NCBI RefSeq assembly: GCF_004010195.1 | Contig: NC_057719.1 | Span: 47,865,748 to 47,929,747, forward strand | DNA from: Chiloscyllium plagiosum | Lineage: Eukaryota | Length of the DNA stretch: 64,000 nt | Direction of reading: 5' to 3' | Shown: one piece after another, positions 48,351 to 61,843 of the stretch | How positions within the stretch are numbered: position 1 is the first letter of the stretch | How the letters are laid out: each line of letters begins with the position of its first letter | Program-made: the position numbers and the translations under genes | Notes under the pieces: model-generated | Database searches by the model: none | Seen by the model: the letters and a program-made list of their open reading frames with translations, nothing else | Told to the model about the DNA's origin: nothing

Positions 48351-49786
48351 CTAAGTGAATACTAGATTCGTAAACTGGAAAAATCCATATTTCATGTCAC
48401 CTTACCCAGAAATAAGTACTCAATCAATTAATGATCATTCCTTGGATATTGGATTCAGGTGAGCATTTGTCCTCTTGGGTTGACAATTTTCAAATATAAA
48501 CGTAAACGACATCCCAAGTACATTTCACACAGGTATCAAATACATTGTTCAGTGAACAGTTGATTATTTCATACCAGACATTTATGATTTCAATTTTAAA
48601 TAAGTTATATTGGACTCAATGTTAACTCTCTCCAGAGAAGACACTTGATCTGCCGAGTTTTTCCAGCATTTATTTCATTGCTAATTTTCTCCTGTTGGCA
48701 TTTGAAAATTTTGCAGCTATTGCTCCCTTGTTAAAGTAGTCATTATTCAGGTACATGTTGCCAATTCGTAGAAATCTGAACAACTTTGAGCATCAAGGGA
48801 TTTCAAAACCTGGAGAATCAGCATGTGATAGTGCAGAGTTAAAACATAGCTCAAATCCAGTTCTGTCACAACCCAATGTTCACACATCAGAGATGTACAG
48901 CACAGAAACAGACCCTTCGGACCAACTCATCCATGCGGACCAGATATCCCAACCCAATCTAGTCCCACCTGCCAGCAAGGCCTGTATCCCTCCAAACCCT
49001 TCCTATTCATATACCCATCCAGATGCCTTTTAAATAATGCAATTGTACCAGCCTCCAGAACTTCCTCTGGTGGCTCATTCCATACAGACACCACCCTCTG
49101 CATGAAAACGTTGCCCCTTAGGTCCCTTTTATAATCTTTCCTCTCTCACCTAACCCTATGTCCTCTAGTTTTGGACTCCCCCATCCCAGGGAAAAGACTG
49201 TCTATTTATCTTATCCATGCCTGTTATGATTTTATAAACTTCTGAGGTCACCCCTCAGCCTTCGATGCTCCAGGGAAACAGCCTATTCAGCCTCTCCCTG
49301 TAGCACAGATCCTCCAACCCTGGCAACATCCTTGTAAGTCTTTTCTGAACCCTATCAAGTTTCATAACATCCTTCCAATAGGAAGGAGAGCAGAACTGTA
49401 TGCAGTATTCCAAAAGTGGCCTAACCAACGTCCTGTTCAGCTGCAACATGACCTCCCAACTCCTGTACTCAAAACTCTGACCAATAAAGGAAAGCATACC
49501 AAACACCATCTTCACTAAGTCATTTACTTGTGGCTCTACTTTCAAGGAGCTATGAACATGCACTCCAAAGTCTCTTTGTTCAGCAACACTCCCTAGAAGG
49601 TATCCACTTAATGGTAAGGTCCTGCTAGATTTGCTTTCCCAAAATGCACCATCTCGCATTTATCGAAATTAAACTCCATCTGCCATTCCTCAGCCCATTG
49701 GCTCATCCGATCAAGATCCCGTTGTAATCTGAGGTAACCTTCTTCACTGTCCACTACATCTCCAATTTTGGTGTCATCTGCAAACA

Positions 49787-50880
49787 TATGCGGAAAGTCA
49801 GGAGGCATGGGATAGTGGGAAATTTGGCCAGTTGGATAGAGAACTGGCTAACCGGTCGAAGTCAGAGAGTGGTGGTAGATGGTAAATATTCAGCCTGAAG
49901 CCCAGTTACAAGTGGCGTTCCGCAGGGATCAGTTCTGGGTCCTCTCCTGTTTGTAATTTTTATTACTGACTTGGAAGAGGGAGTCGAAGGGTGGGTCAGT
50001 AAATTTGCAGACGATACGAAGATTGGTGGAGTTGGGGATAGTGAGGAGGGCTGTTGTCGGCTGCAAAGGGACTTAGATATGATGCAGAGCTGGGTTGAGG
50101 AGTGGCAGATGGAGTTCAACCCTGTCAAGTGTGAGGTTGTCCATTTTGGAAGGACAAATAAGAATGCGGAATACAGGGTTAACGGTAGGGTTCTTAGTAA
50201 GGTGGAGGAGCAGAGAGATCTTGGGGGTCTATCTTCATAGCTCTTTGAAAGTTGCCACTCAGGTGGATAGAGCTTGTAAGAAGGCCTATGGTGTATTAGC
50301 GTTCATTAGCAGAGGGATTGAATTCAAGAGTCGTGAGCTAATGTTGCAGCTGTACAGGACCTTGGTAAGGCCACATTTGGAATACTGTGTGCAGTTCTGG
50401 TTGCCTCACTTTAGGAAAGATGTGGAAGCTTTGGAGAGGGTGCAAAGGAGATTTACCAGGATGTTGCCTGGAATGGAGAATAGGTCGTATGAGGATAGGT
50501 TGAGAGTGCTAGGCCTTTTCTCATTGGAATGGCGAAGGATGAGGGGGGACTTGATAGAGGTTTATAAGATGATCAAGGGAACAGATAGAGTAGACAGTCA
50601 GAGACATTTTCCCCGGGTACAACAGAGTGTTACAAGGGAACATAAATTTAAGGTGAAGGGTGGAAGGTATAGGGGGGATGTCAGGGGTAGGTTCTTTACC
50701 CAGAGAGTGGTGGGGGCATGGAATGCGCTGCCTGTGGGAGTGGCAGAGTCAGCATCATTGGTGACCTTTAAGCGGCAATTGGATAGGTACATGGATAGGT
50801 GCTTAAGCTAGGACAAATGTTCGGCACAACATCGTGGGCCAAAGAGCCTGTTCTGTGCTGTATTGTTCTATGTTCTATGT
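49787..50880 (+). mobile_element. Younger CR1 LINE 3' part
   Basis: [21 protein letters not shown], long ORF 50095-50811, (ttctatg) tail. Confidence 0.9.
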
Positions 50881-51533
50881 ATACCTTTATGTCTTATGCT
50901 CATGTCCAAATCATTTATATAAATGAAGAAAAGTAATGGACCCAACACCGATCCTTGTGACACTCCACTGGTCACAGGCCTCCAGTCTGAAAAACAACTC
51001 TCCAGCGCTATCTTCTGTCTTCAACCTTCGAGCCAGTTCTATATCCAAACCGCTAGTTCTCCCTGTATTCCATGCGCAGCATTGAGAACCAAAGGGCTTG
51101 TACTGCACTGTAATTTTCCATGTTCTATATATTAACCTTGCTAACCAATCTCCCCATGGGCAAACTTGTCAAACGCTTTACTGAAGTCCATATAGATCAC
51201 GTCGACCGCTCTGCCCTCAATCCTCTTTGTTACTTCTTCAAAAAAACTCAGTCAGGTTCATGAGACACGATTTCCCACAGAAAGCCATGTCCTTGCCTTT
51301 CCAAATACATGTATATCCTGTGCCCATCACAGGCTCCCTGGTCGATAGTTCCCTGGCTTGTTCTTACCACCTTTCTTAAATAATGGTACCACATTAGCCA
51401 ACCTACAGCCTACTGGCACCTCATCTGTCTTTTGATGATACAAGTATCTCAGTGAGGCACCCAGCAATCACTTGCTAGCTTCCCACAGAATTCTAGGGTA
51501 CACCTGATCAGGACCTGGGGATTAATCCACCTT

Positions 51534-51863
51534 TAGATTAGATTCCCTGCAGTATGGAAACAGGCCCTTCAGTCCACCAAGTCCACACCGACCCTCCGAA
51601 GAGTAGCCCACTCAGACCCATTCCCCTACCATATATCTACCCCTTATTAATGCACCTAACACTATGGACAATTTAGCTTAGCCAATTTACTTGACCTGCA
51701 CATCTTTGGATTGTGAGAGGAAAACCAGAGCACCCGGAGGAAACCCGCAGAGACACAGGGAGAATGTGCAAACTCCACACAGACAGTCACTCAAGGCTGG
51801 AATCAAACCTTGATTCCAGGAGCTGTGAGGCAGTAGTGCTAACCACTGAGCCACTGTTCCGCC
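51534..51863 (-). mobile_element. HE1-like V-SINE
   Basis: V-core and tail. Confidence 0.85.
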
Positions 51864-52687
51864 CTTTATGCATTTCAAGACATCCCACACTTCCTCCTCT
51901 GTAATATGGACATTTTTCAAGATGTCACCATCTATTTCCTCACATTCTATATCTTCCATGTCTGTCTCCACAGTAAACACTGATGCAAAATACTCATTTA
52001 ATAAGTCCCCCATCTCCTGCGGCTCCATACAAAGGTCACCTTGCTGATCTTTGAGGGGCCCTATTCGCTCCCGAGTTACCCTTTTGTCCTTAATGTATTT
52101 GTAAAAACCCTTTGGATTCCTCCTTAACCCTATTTGCCAAAGCTATCTCATGTCCCCTTTTTGCCCTCCTGATTTCCCTCTTAAGTATACTCCTACTGCC
52201 TTTATACTCCTCTAAGGATTCACTCGATTTCTCCTATCTCTACCTAACATATCCTTCCTTCCTTTTTCCTCACCAAAACCTCAAATTTCTCTAGTCATCC
52301 AGCATTCTCTGCACCTACCAGCCTTTCCTTTCATCCTAACAGGAATATACTGTCTCTGGACTCTCGTTATCTCATTTATTGGGCTACAAGTAATACAAAA
52401 GCATTGTGACCATTTTAATACAATAGGGAGTGGAGTTTGAATCAAAGCTTTTCTAATTTGCATGCTTCAATAGTTATTTATGAAGATTGGATTGTGCTTC
52501 TGTCAGTAACCAAAGTGATGTATTTGTAATATAGCAGCTGCTTGATAGACTGGGATTTGTATGGACGTTGTAATCACAAAAACTGGGGGGACAGGCAAGG
52601 AAATATATGATGAGAGATCTTCAACTGAACAAACAATCAAATGGCACAATATTGGACCAAGAATGGAAAAATACCATAACAAATCTA

Positions 52688-52693
52688 TTTATT
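52688..52693 (-). other. Candidate TBPL2 polyadenylation signal AATAAA
   Basis: tttatt on +, about 800 nt downstream of the TBPL2 stop. Confidence 0.35.
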
Positions 52694-53497
52694 TCATGAT
52701 AAGTACAAGAATAATTTGAACACAATTTAGAATGCTTATCAATTCCTTTAGTTACAGGTTCTTTTCAATAGTACAACTCTGTCTTTAACTCTCAATTTTA
52801 CAAAAAGCAAAACATATTTCAAACAATAAGTTTTTTCCCAATCAAGTACCAAAATCAGCCTAAATATTTTTAAAGTTTCATAATTAGATCTTTTCATTTA
52901 CAAAGAATATTTAAATAGCTTAATCACAACTAGTCCAAATATACTGCTTCAGACAATGACATTGGGTTCACCACTGTTTCCAATTTACTTGAAAGTTTGG
53001 TTATATTTGCAGAAGGTACCTGAGGAGAGGCAACTCGGGGTTAAAAACAAAAGGGTGAGCAGGACAAAAAATATAAATGGGTGAAGAAAGATGTGAGAAA
53101 AACACACCAAAAAAAAATTAAAGGAAGAGCAACTGAGCACTTGTTCTAAAAAGGTATTAATTTACTGCAAATAAAGTTAGTTAAATTAGACTACCAGAAT
53201 ACAATAGGGGTCAAGTCCAAATTAGTAAAAAGTAATTGTATGACCAGCGCCAAGAAGTTCTTCCAACAAAATGATTAACACATGGAATGGAATTGTGGAG
53301 CATGATAACGTCCCACAGTTTAGGATGAGGCAAACATCAAGCATTTCTGGTTGGATGAATTAGAATAGTCCAAAAAGACCTACCCTCATCGAAATCTTCA
53401 TGATTTTGTGATTTGTGATAATAGGTGTGGTCCCAGGGAAGGGATTTTAGAAAAATATACATTCTCATCCACATCATATCAGTTTTGTATATGGATG

Positions 53498-53577
53498 TCA
53501 CGAAGCCTTCTTAAAGCCCTTCAAGATTGGATAGATGTTCTCAAATGCTTCATAGATCTCTGAACGTACTTTGGCAC
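53498..53577 (-). CDS. TBPL2: TBPL2 last coding exon
   Basis: cag|[27 protein letters not shown]; in phase with the previous exon. No further upstream exon was found in the window. Confidence 0.92.
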
Positions 53578-54010
53578 CTGCAGATAAACAAACATTTTAA
53601 ACTCTTCGCTCCAAGTACATATCAAGGTGCCAAACATTAAAAGGCATCTCACACCAAATCTATTACACAAAAATGTCAAGATTTTAGCAAGTTCTGTGCT
53701 AATATACAAAGTTGGCCCTTTGGAATGCACATTTGTTTGTGCAGCACTGCAGTGATGGTGCTATTAACAGTAATAATCATTTATTGAAGCTAAAATGCAG
53801 AAAATAATATCTGACAAGGGAAATTATTAAAGTACATTTATTCAAACAAAACAAAACAAAACAAAACATTCATTTAAAAAAAAAGCTAATTTCCATTAAA
53901 GCATGATCTTGTTCTATCAATATTTTCAAAATAGCATTTAAATTATTGAAGCAGTTTACTGATGAAATTAATATCTGTAGTAACATATAGCTTAGTTATT
54001 GTGACACTAT

Positions 54011-57000
54011 TAGTGATTTTTGAAAAGATTTATAGCTCAGGTTGACTTTCTGGATGGATGTTTGCTCGCTGAGCTGGAAGGTTTTGTTTTCAGATCTTTC
54101 GTAAGCATATGAGGTAACATCAGTGAGCCTCCAGTGAAGTGCTGGTGGTATGTCCCACTTTCTATTTATGTGTTTAGGTTTTGTTGGATGGGTGATGTCA
54201 TTTCCAGTTCTTTTTCTCAGGATGGAAGATGGGGTCCAAATTGGTGTATTTATTGATAGAGTTCTGGTTGGAATGCCATGCTTCAAGGAATTCTCGTGCG
54301 TGTCTCTGTTTGGCTTGTCCTAGGATAGATGTGTTGTCCCAGTTAAAGTGGTGTCCTTCTTCATCTGTATTTAAGGATACTAGTAATAGTGGGTCATGTC
54401 CTTTTGTGGTTAGTTGATGTTCGTGTATCCTGGTGGCTAGTTTTCTGCCTGTTTGTCCGATGTGGTGTTTGTCTGAGAAAAAGACCTGGAAATGACATCA
54501 CCCACCCAAAAAGAAACTTAAAACACAAAAAGTGGGACATACCACCAGTGCTTCACCAGAGGCTCACTGATGATGTTACCCAGTATGGTGACAAAACATT
54601 TGAAAATAAACCTTCCAGCTTAGCCAGCAAACCTACAGCCAGAACCTCAACCGTAGTTACAAATCTTTCCAAAAATTGCTAACACCTATGGGCACAACAC
54701 ACTAAAACTGGTCTGAAGATGGGAAACCAACACCATCCGCAAACAGCTGTATTGTTGCTTGAATGCCTAAGGAAACATGTACTATCAAAATATCTTAAAT
54801 ACAAACCTCCACTCAATACCACACTCGCCAAATGAATAGCAGAACAAAACGGCCACAGAATGCTTCGAGATTAACAATGATTAACAATGCCTACAACTGA
54901 CTCCATAAATACAATCAGGAAATGTCGCTCCAAAAACCTTTTACTCACAAACGTGACAGACTATGAATGAATAGACACACTACAACAAGTCATAAGCATC
55001 AAACAGCAGCAAACACAGGAATTGAAGAAAATAGCCCTCCAGAAAAAACTAGACAAACTCTCACAAAAGAGAAACACAGAGGCTTGGATAATTTAAAAAA
55101 AAAACTTATCAGACCGACCTCTAACAGACACACAAAAAGCTGTCCTCATAAGCAGCTTAAAGTACAAGCACAGAGACGCAGACAAAAAGGACTTCCTAGC
55201 AGCAAACGGACTCTCAGAAGAAAGCAGACAGACCATCAAACCAACATTAAGCAGGAAAAAGGAAGAAAACAATAGAAGGACTCAAAAGACAAAAACATTG
55301 TAATCCCACTTGGAAAGAAAGGATGCATGGCTGTCATTTTAAACAGAACAGACCACTGTGAGAAAGTGAACGCACTGCTTGCAGATACTGACTTTCCAAC
55401 AGGTGGCGATAGACCCGACCCCGCAACTAGAGAATCGAATCACAGTCTGACTCAAAAAAAACTTAAGAAATCTGGAGAATTAAACAAGACAGACTTCCCA
55501 AAAAAATGAAACCAGATGCATCCAAAACACCATGCTTCTACCGACTACCCAAAGTAGACAAACCAGGAGCCCCCCCCCCTCAGACCCATAGTCTCACTAT
55601 CTGGAACACCAATGTTCAGACTTGCAAGGGAACACCACCAAAGACTAAAACACTTAGTAGAACACTCACACCACTCCATTCACTCCACCCAAGAATTCCT
55701 GAACACCAAAGACACCATGATAGAAGAGGATGAAATAATGGTCTCCTTTGATGTAACAGCCCTGTTCACATCCATTCACATCAACCTGGCCAAAGAAACA
55801 CTGACTGACTACAAGAACCAAAGACACAAACACCAGACAGCGCCAACCTCATCAGCAAAGATATCATCAAGCTAGTGGACCTGTCCCTTACCACCCACTT
55901 CATGTTCAATAACAAGACCTACAAACTAATCAATGGAACACCCTGAGGATCACCAATATCAGGGTTCCTAGCAGAAGCAGTTGTGCAGAGACTCAAAAAC
56001 AGCTCTCCCAACCATCCAATCTAAACTTTGGTTCCGCTAAGTGGATGACACCTTTGTCATCACGAAATGAAACAAATTAGAGAGAACCTAAACAATGATA
56101 GTATCTGCAAGCAGTGCATTCACTTTCTCAGTGGTCTGTTCTGTTTAAAATGACAGCCATGCATTCTTTGTTTCCAAGTGGGATTACAATGTTTTTGTCT
56201 TTCGAGTCCTTCTATTGTTTTCTTCCTTTTTCCTGCTTAATGTTGGGATGATGACAATGACGATGATGATGACACAACAACAAACTGCCACTACTAGATG
56301 TCACAGTAGAGCGAACACTCAATGGGGATCTTCAAACCTGCGTTGACAGGAAAACACCACATATGGACCAAATACTGAACTACTCCTAACACCCACAAAC
56401 GAAGCTGCATTAGGACATTATTTCAATGAGCCACCACACACTGCAGCATCAAGGAACTACGAAGAGCAGATGAGAAATACCTACTGCGTATTCAAGAAGA
56501 ACAGGTACCCAATAAACATAGTCCGCCAGTTCCTCAGCATGAAACCCAAAACAAGCAGACAACGTGTCTAGAAACCCTAGACGCTTTACCCTACAAAGGC
56601 ATCTCAAAAATGATCTCCAGACTACTCAGACCTCTGGGCATCACTGTAGCCCACAAACCTACCAACACACTTAAACAGCGACTAATGAACTTTAAAGAAC
56701 CGATATAAACAACAAACAAAAGAAATGTTATTTATAAAATACCTTGCAAGAACTGTAACAAACACTACATTGGACGAACAGGCAGAAAGCTAGCCACTAG
56801 GATACATGAATATCAACTAACCACAAAAAGACATGACCCGCTATCTCTAGTATCCTTACATACAGATAAAGGACACCACTTTGACTGGAACAACACATCT
56901 ATCCTAGGACAAGCCAAACTAGAGACGCACAAGAATTTCTTGAAGCATGGCATTCCAACCGGAACTCTATCAATAAACACATCGATTTAGACCTCATTTA

Positions 57001-57168
57001 CCATCCTCCGGAGAAAAAGAACTGGAAATGACATCACCCACCTAACAAAAATAGAAAGTGGGACATACCACCAGCGCTTCGCTGGTGGCTCACTGATGAT
57101 GTTACCTCGTATAGTGATGAAATGTCTGAAAACAAACCTCCAGCTCGGCGAGCAAACTTCCATCCAGA
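54011..57168 (+). mobile_element. Near full-length degenerate PLE (family C): inverted 3' fragment, 5' pLTR, RT + GIY-YIG ORF, 3' pLTR
   Basis: MVSFDVTALFTSI, VDDTFV and HYIGRTGRKLATRIHE motifs; direct pLTRs near 54475-54680 and 57010-57168; degenerate TSD ttgtgacactat/ttgggaaactat. Confidence 0.85.
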
Positions 57169-57738
57169 TTGGGAAACTATTTTGTCTAGTTACTTAGATG
57201 AGAAACAGAGAGAGCATGTTTGCTTCAATTACTGAAATGATTTCTGCTACTGGCATTTTATAATCAGTCATTGCAAACATTTCCTGAATAATTATGCAAA
57301 GTGAACATTTTCCTAAAATCTGAAATTAGTCTGGTAGTTTCCTTTCCTCATATAAAATTTTGAAAATAGAAAAATGGGCCAATGCATTCTGCCTGCATAG
57401 GTACTAATGTAAAAACTGATATCTGAAACACTTGGTTTACATCACAAAGGAATAATGAGTAATTTGATTGCAGAACTTAGAAAAATAAAGTTGATTAATC
57501 TTTAAACTTTTATCTATGTATCCAATTTTTTAGTTCACGGCACTAAAAAAAGGTACTTAATTGTGGTTACTGACTGCCTAACTACATAATAAGCTTGGAA
57601 TAGAAGCATTTTTGATGAATAGATATAGTTTCAACAGTTCAAATAAATAACAAAATTCAAATTACATGCTGATCAACAACAGTCACAAAAATGCAAGAGA
57701 CCAATATGAAAATAGATATTAAACAAATTTGTTTTTAC

Positions 57739-57833
57739 CTGTCAAAACAACCTTGCCAGAGACAAATATTAGCAGAACAATTCTTGGTTTGACCATCCTG
57801 TAAATGAGACCTGGGAACAATTCTGGTTCATAG
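57739..57833 (-). CDS. TBPL2: TATA-box binding protein-like 2 (TRF3/TBP2), penultimate coding exon
   Basis: cag|[33 protein letters not shown]|gtaaaa. TBP core; RMVKP is TBPL2-type; syntenic with ATG14. Confidence 0.92.
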
Positions 57834-60329
57834 CTGGAAAATGAAAGATTGTTGCATTAAATTGTAAATACAAGTAGAGCTTATCACTCATCTTGGGTCG
57901 AAGCTGAGATCCATTCAGCAGCAAAACAATAGCAGTTAAGCACATTCCTACATTGGTACTTGCTAACTGGATTATCCTACAATGACTTCATTCTCAAATA
58001 ATTTTGGATAAAATTATCAACACAATGAAAACAATGTTTTTCTGAAGTCACTTCATAATAGCAGGAGGCCACTTTACTGTATTTTCAAATTTGCCATGCT
58101 AAAATACAATAATTTTATTTCACCTTGTTTTCAAGCAGATGCTCATGCCCATTGAATTCTGATGTTTCTGAAGCAATATCCTGATCTGAAGAACATCCAA
58201 AGCACGGTGACTTGTCAACATCAAAATAGAAGGATAGGTTTCTGTCACTTTTATGCCCTGCTTTGCAATCACTCCTGGAGGAGGCCTTGAGATACCACTC
58301 TTGGCTGACAATATAATACTTCCAAACCAGTGTGAGAATACGGATTTAAAATTGTGATCAAGCAATTCAATAAACATGTACATGTGTATATAGATACATG
58401 CAAAAATTTAGTATTCAATCAGAAAATGTCACTTCAATAGTCACATTCAATCCATGTCCTGATATTGGCCATCTTTTATACATTGCACTATGTGGCAAAG
58501 TAATAATGGGCAGAAACCACTGATTCAGTAGCCTAAATGGATTAGATCAAGTGACTACAGAACACTCCACATTAGAATGCTATCACTAACTTAAAATACG
58601 TACATATCCATCTGCAGAAGTGTAATCCAAAATGCTCTGTAGAAACATATGTCTCACCTGCATGCATATTTATACATCTAACAGTGTGTGTCATGGCCAG
58701 CATGAATGGCAACAAAATTATGTTGCTGCTCAGCCCATATACTGTAAGTTGGTTCTTACCTTGATTAAGCTCAGGAACTTTAAACCATTTAGAAATTAAC
58801 CAGACCAAGCCACTTCAAGAATTAAGTGTGTAAGGGTCCAAAATGGATTATATATTAAGTATAATAACAACATGTGTTTACTTGAAAAAAGAACATTGTT
58901 AGATATTTAGGTGAATAATAGAATTATAATCAACTGCATGTAGACTTAAAATATTTTCAAAACTGATGTACTTTTACTCCTTATCTCATTTGGTAACATT
59001 AGAACATGAAGTTTTACTGTTACAACGGTACTCGCTTTTCTCAAGTATTTGGTTCAAAAGTCCTTATTCACATGTGATGTGGCAAGAAACAAACTTACAT
59101 TTATATAGTGCCATAAACATCTTTGGGATGTATCATTTGTTTCGCAGCCAATACTTGATTTTGAATTGCAGAAACATTCCTTTACTCTCCATGACAAATG
59201 AGGTATGGTTTATTTTGATAGTGTTGGTTCTGGGACAATGTTCATCTGAGACAGAAAATATCTCTGATCTTCAATTGGTGCCATGGGATATTTTAAATTC
59301 ACCTGAATGTAACACACTGTTATAGCTGAACAGATGTTTTACAACTTAGGTTATGCACTTAAATCTGGCATAAAATCTGAACCCACATTGTCTCTCTCAA
59401 AACTAATTTGTTACTACAGAATTAGCATTAACATGGAATAAATCCAGCCACAAATGGATTTTCACAGACAGCAACCAATATGTTGTTTTTAAAAACTAAA
59501 TTAAACAAGGTGTTGAGAAGAGATGGGCTTCACCGAAGACAAAATGGAGCTAATCTTCTGGTTGAGAGATAGTAAATAGAGTAGTGGGGATGGATTTAAA
59601 CTTATAAGGCAGGAGTGAATGTTGACTAATTGGTGCAGTTATGGAAGTATCAGTGAGGGCAAAAGAGAGAAAATACACAATGGAGAACAGGAAGTGAGAG
59701 AAGGCTCAAGAGTTGGCAGTGAACAAAGAAATTGTTGCCTCCCAATTGGCAAGACTTAAGGGCAACGTTAAATCATATGTATGTAAGTACAGAGTATAGT
59801 GAATAAAATTGAGCAACCTGAAGCAGAATTTGCTGCAGGGGGATTTGGCATAGTAGCATTGACCAAAATATGGCTCAAAGCAGAATAGGACTGAATACAT
59901 AACATTGGAGGTTATTTTTAGTAGAAATAGGACGGCTAACAAAGATAGTGTAACAATCTTGGTCAATATAGTATCAAAGCACTTGAACAGATACAGTTCC
60001 TGAATGAGAATCTATATGGTTGGTGACACATGAAGGAAGTGATGATCTTGTTTGGTATTTCTACTAGAGCTCCAAATAGTGGGGAGGAAGTAGAAAAGAG
60101 CATTTGTAGGCATATTGTGGAAACCTGCAAGACAAGTATTTGTGACAGTTGGTTATTTCAATTGCCCTAGGGTAGAATGGGAAGGGGGGGTGGGGGAGGG
60201 CGGAGGCAGAGTTGGGCACAGAAGAGGAGAAATGTCTGCAATGCGTCTCGGAAAACTTTCTGGAACAGTCCTTTTCCGGTCCTACCAGGAGGATGCGGTG
60301 TTGGATCTGGTTCCAGGCAATGAGGCACA

Positions 60330-60668
60330 TTAGATTAGATTAGATTAGATTAGATTACTTACAGTGTGGAAACAGGCCCTTCGGCCCAACAAGTCCACAC
60401 CGACCCGCCGAAGCGCAACCCACCCATACCCCTACATTTACCCCTTTAACCTAACACTACGGGCAATTTAGCATGGCCAATTCACCTGACCCGCACATCT
60501 TTGTGACTGTGGGAGAAAACCGGAGCACCCGGAGGAAACCCACGCAGACACGGGGAGAATGTGCAAACTCCACACAGTCAGTCGCCTGAGTCGGGAATTG
60601 AACCCGGGTCTCTGGCGCTGTGAGGCAGCAGTGCTAACCACTGTGCCACCGTGCCACCGTGCCGCCCA
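60330..60668 (-). mobile_element. Young HE1-like V-SINE with (TTAGA)n tail
   Basis: Near-consensus copy, cacat flanks. Confidence 0.9.
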
Positions 60669-61717
60669 CATGAAGGAGAGAACATTGGCGTGGTGGAGCA
60701 TTTGGGAAATGATGATAATATTGAATGCTATTGTAGTATGAAGTTGGAAAAAGGATTAAAACAAAAAAAAGTCAAGGATCAAGATCCCAGATAGAATAAG
60801 GACAGGCTTTTTCAAGGCCATGTCATGTCTGGTAAATTTAATAGTTCATTGACAAAGTGGCACATGTAGTGGATGAGCGTAATGCTGTGTATGTGGTATA
60901 TTTGGCCTATCAAAAAGTATTTGCAATACCCACATGGCATGTTGGTTAGCAAATTAGAACTGTTTGGTATTGATGGGTCCTTGGCCATATGGATTAGAGA
61001 TAGGAACCAGACATTAGGTATAGCTGGGCATTTCTTGGACTGGAGAGGAGATCAGTGGTGTTCTCCAAGGATCGGTGATAGGAGCCTTGCTTTTTATAAT
61101 CTGTAAACTATTTGGAGATGGCCAAAATATCTACATTTGCAGGTGATACTAGGCTAGGAAGCATAATGAATTCTGAGGATGACCCTGAGCAACCAGAGAG
61201 ATAATAAGTTAGTCAAATGGACAAACACCTGGCAGTTAAATTTCAGTGCAGAGAAACAGGAGGTAATGCATTTTGACAGACGAAACATGAAGAGACAATA
61301 CAGGCTCAATGGGGAGTTTAGGAGCAGAGGGACCTCGGGATTCTCTGAAGAAAGCCTGACAAGTTGAACCAGCTGTTGAGAAGGCATTTAGGATCCTTGG
61401 GGTCATAAATAGTAGCACAAAGTATAAGGGAAATAAAGTAGTGCTAATCCTCTACAAATCATTGGTCAGATCACATTTGGACTAATTTCAGTTCTAGTCA
61501 CCTTATCCTTGAAAGTAGAGTCGCAGGAAGATAGGATAGTGAAGGCGGCATTTGATATGCCTTCCTTCATTGTTCAGAGCATTGAGTACAGGAGTTGGGA
61601 GGTCATGTTGCGGCTGTACAGGACATTGGTTAGGCCACTGTTGGAATATTGTGTGCAATTCTAGTCTCCTTCCTATTAGGAGGATGTTGTGAAACTTGAA
61701 AGGGTTCAGAAAAGATT

Positions 61718-61843
61718 CCTGAAGAAGGGCTTATGCCCAAAACGTCGATTCTCCTGTTCCTTGGATGCTGCCTGACCTGCTGCACTTTTCCGGCAACACA
61801 TTTTCAGCTCTGATCTCCAGCATCTGCAGTCCTCACTTTCTCC
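61718..61843 (+). mobile_element. 126-bp PLE family B terminal fragment
   Basis: TSD tcagaaaagatt (61706-61717 / 61844-61855) inside a CR1. Confidence 0.8.

Larger units (their letters stand above)
48890..52375 (-). mobile_element. CR1/HER1 LINE (about 2 kb) interrupted by an opposite-strand CR1 and a SINE
   Basis: RT remnants FADDTKIG, LLNEYFASVFT. Confidence 0.85.

Noticed and set aside
50095..50811. 238-aa ORF as a host gene
   Set aside because: It is a CR1 ORF2 C-terminal fragment.
52400..53497. Cytoplasmic polyadenylation elements in the TBPL2 3'UTR
   Set aside because: Only non-consensus U-rich matches were seen, and the UTR end is unknown.
60330..60357. (TTAGA)n as a telomere-like or CRISPR-like array
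   Set aside because: It is the simple-repeat tail of the SINE.
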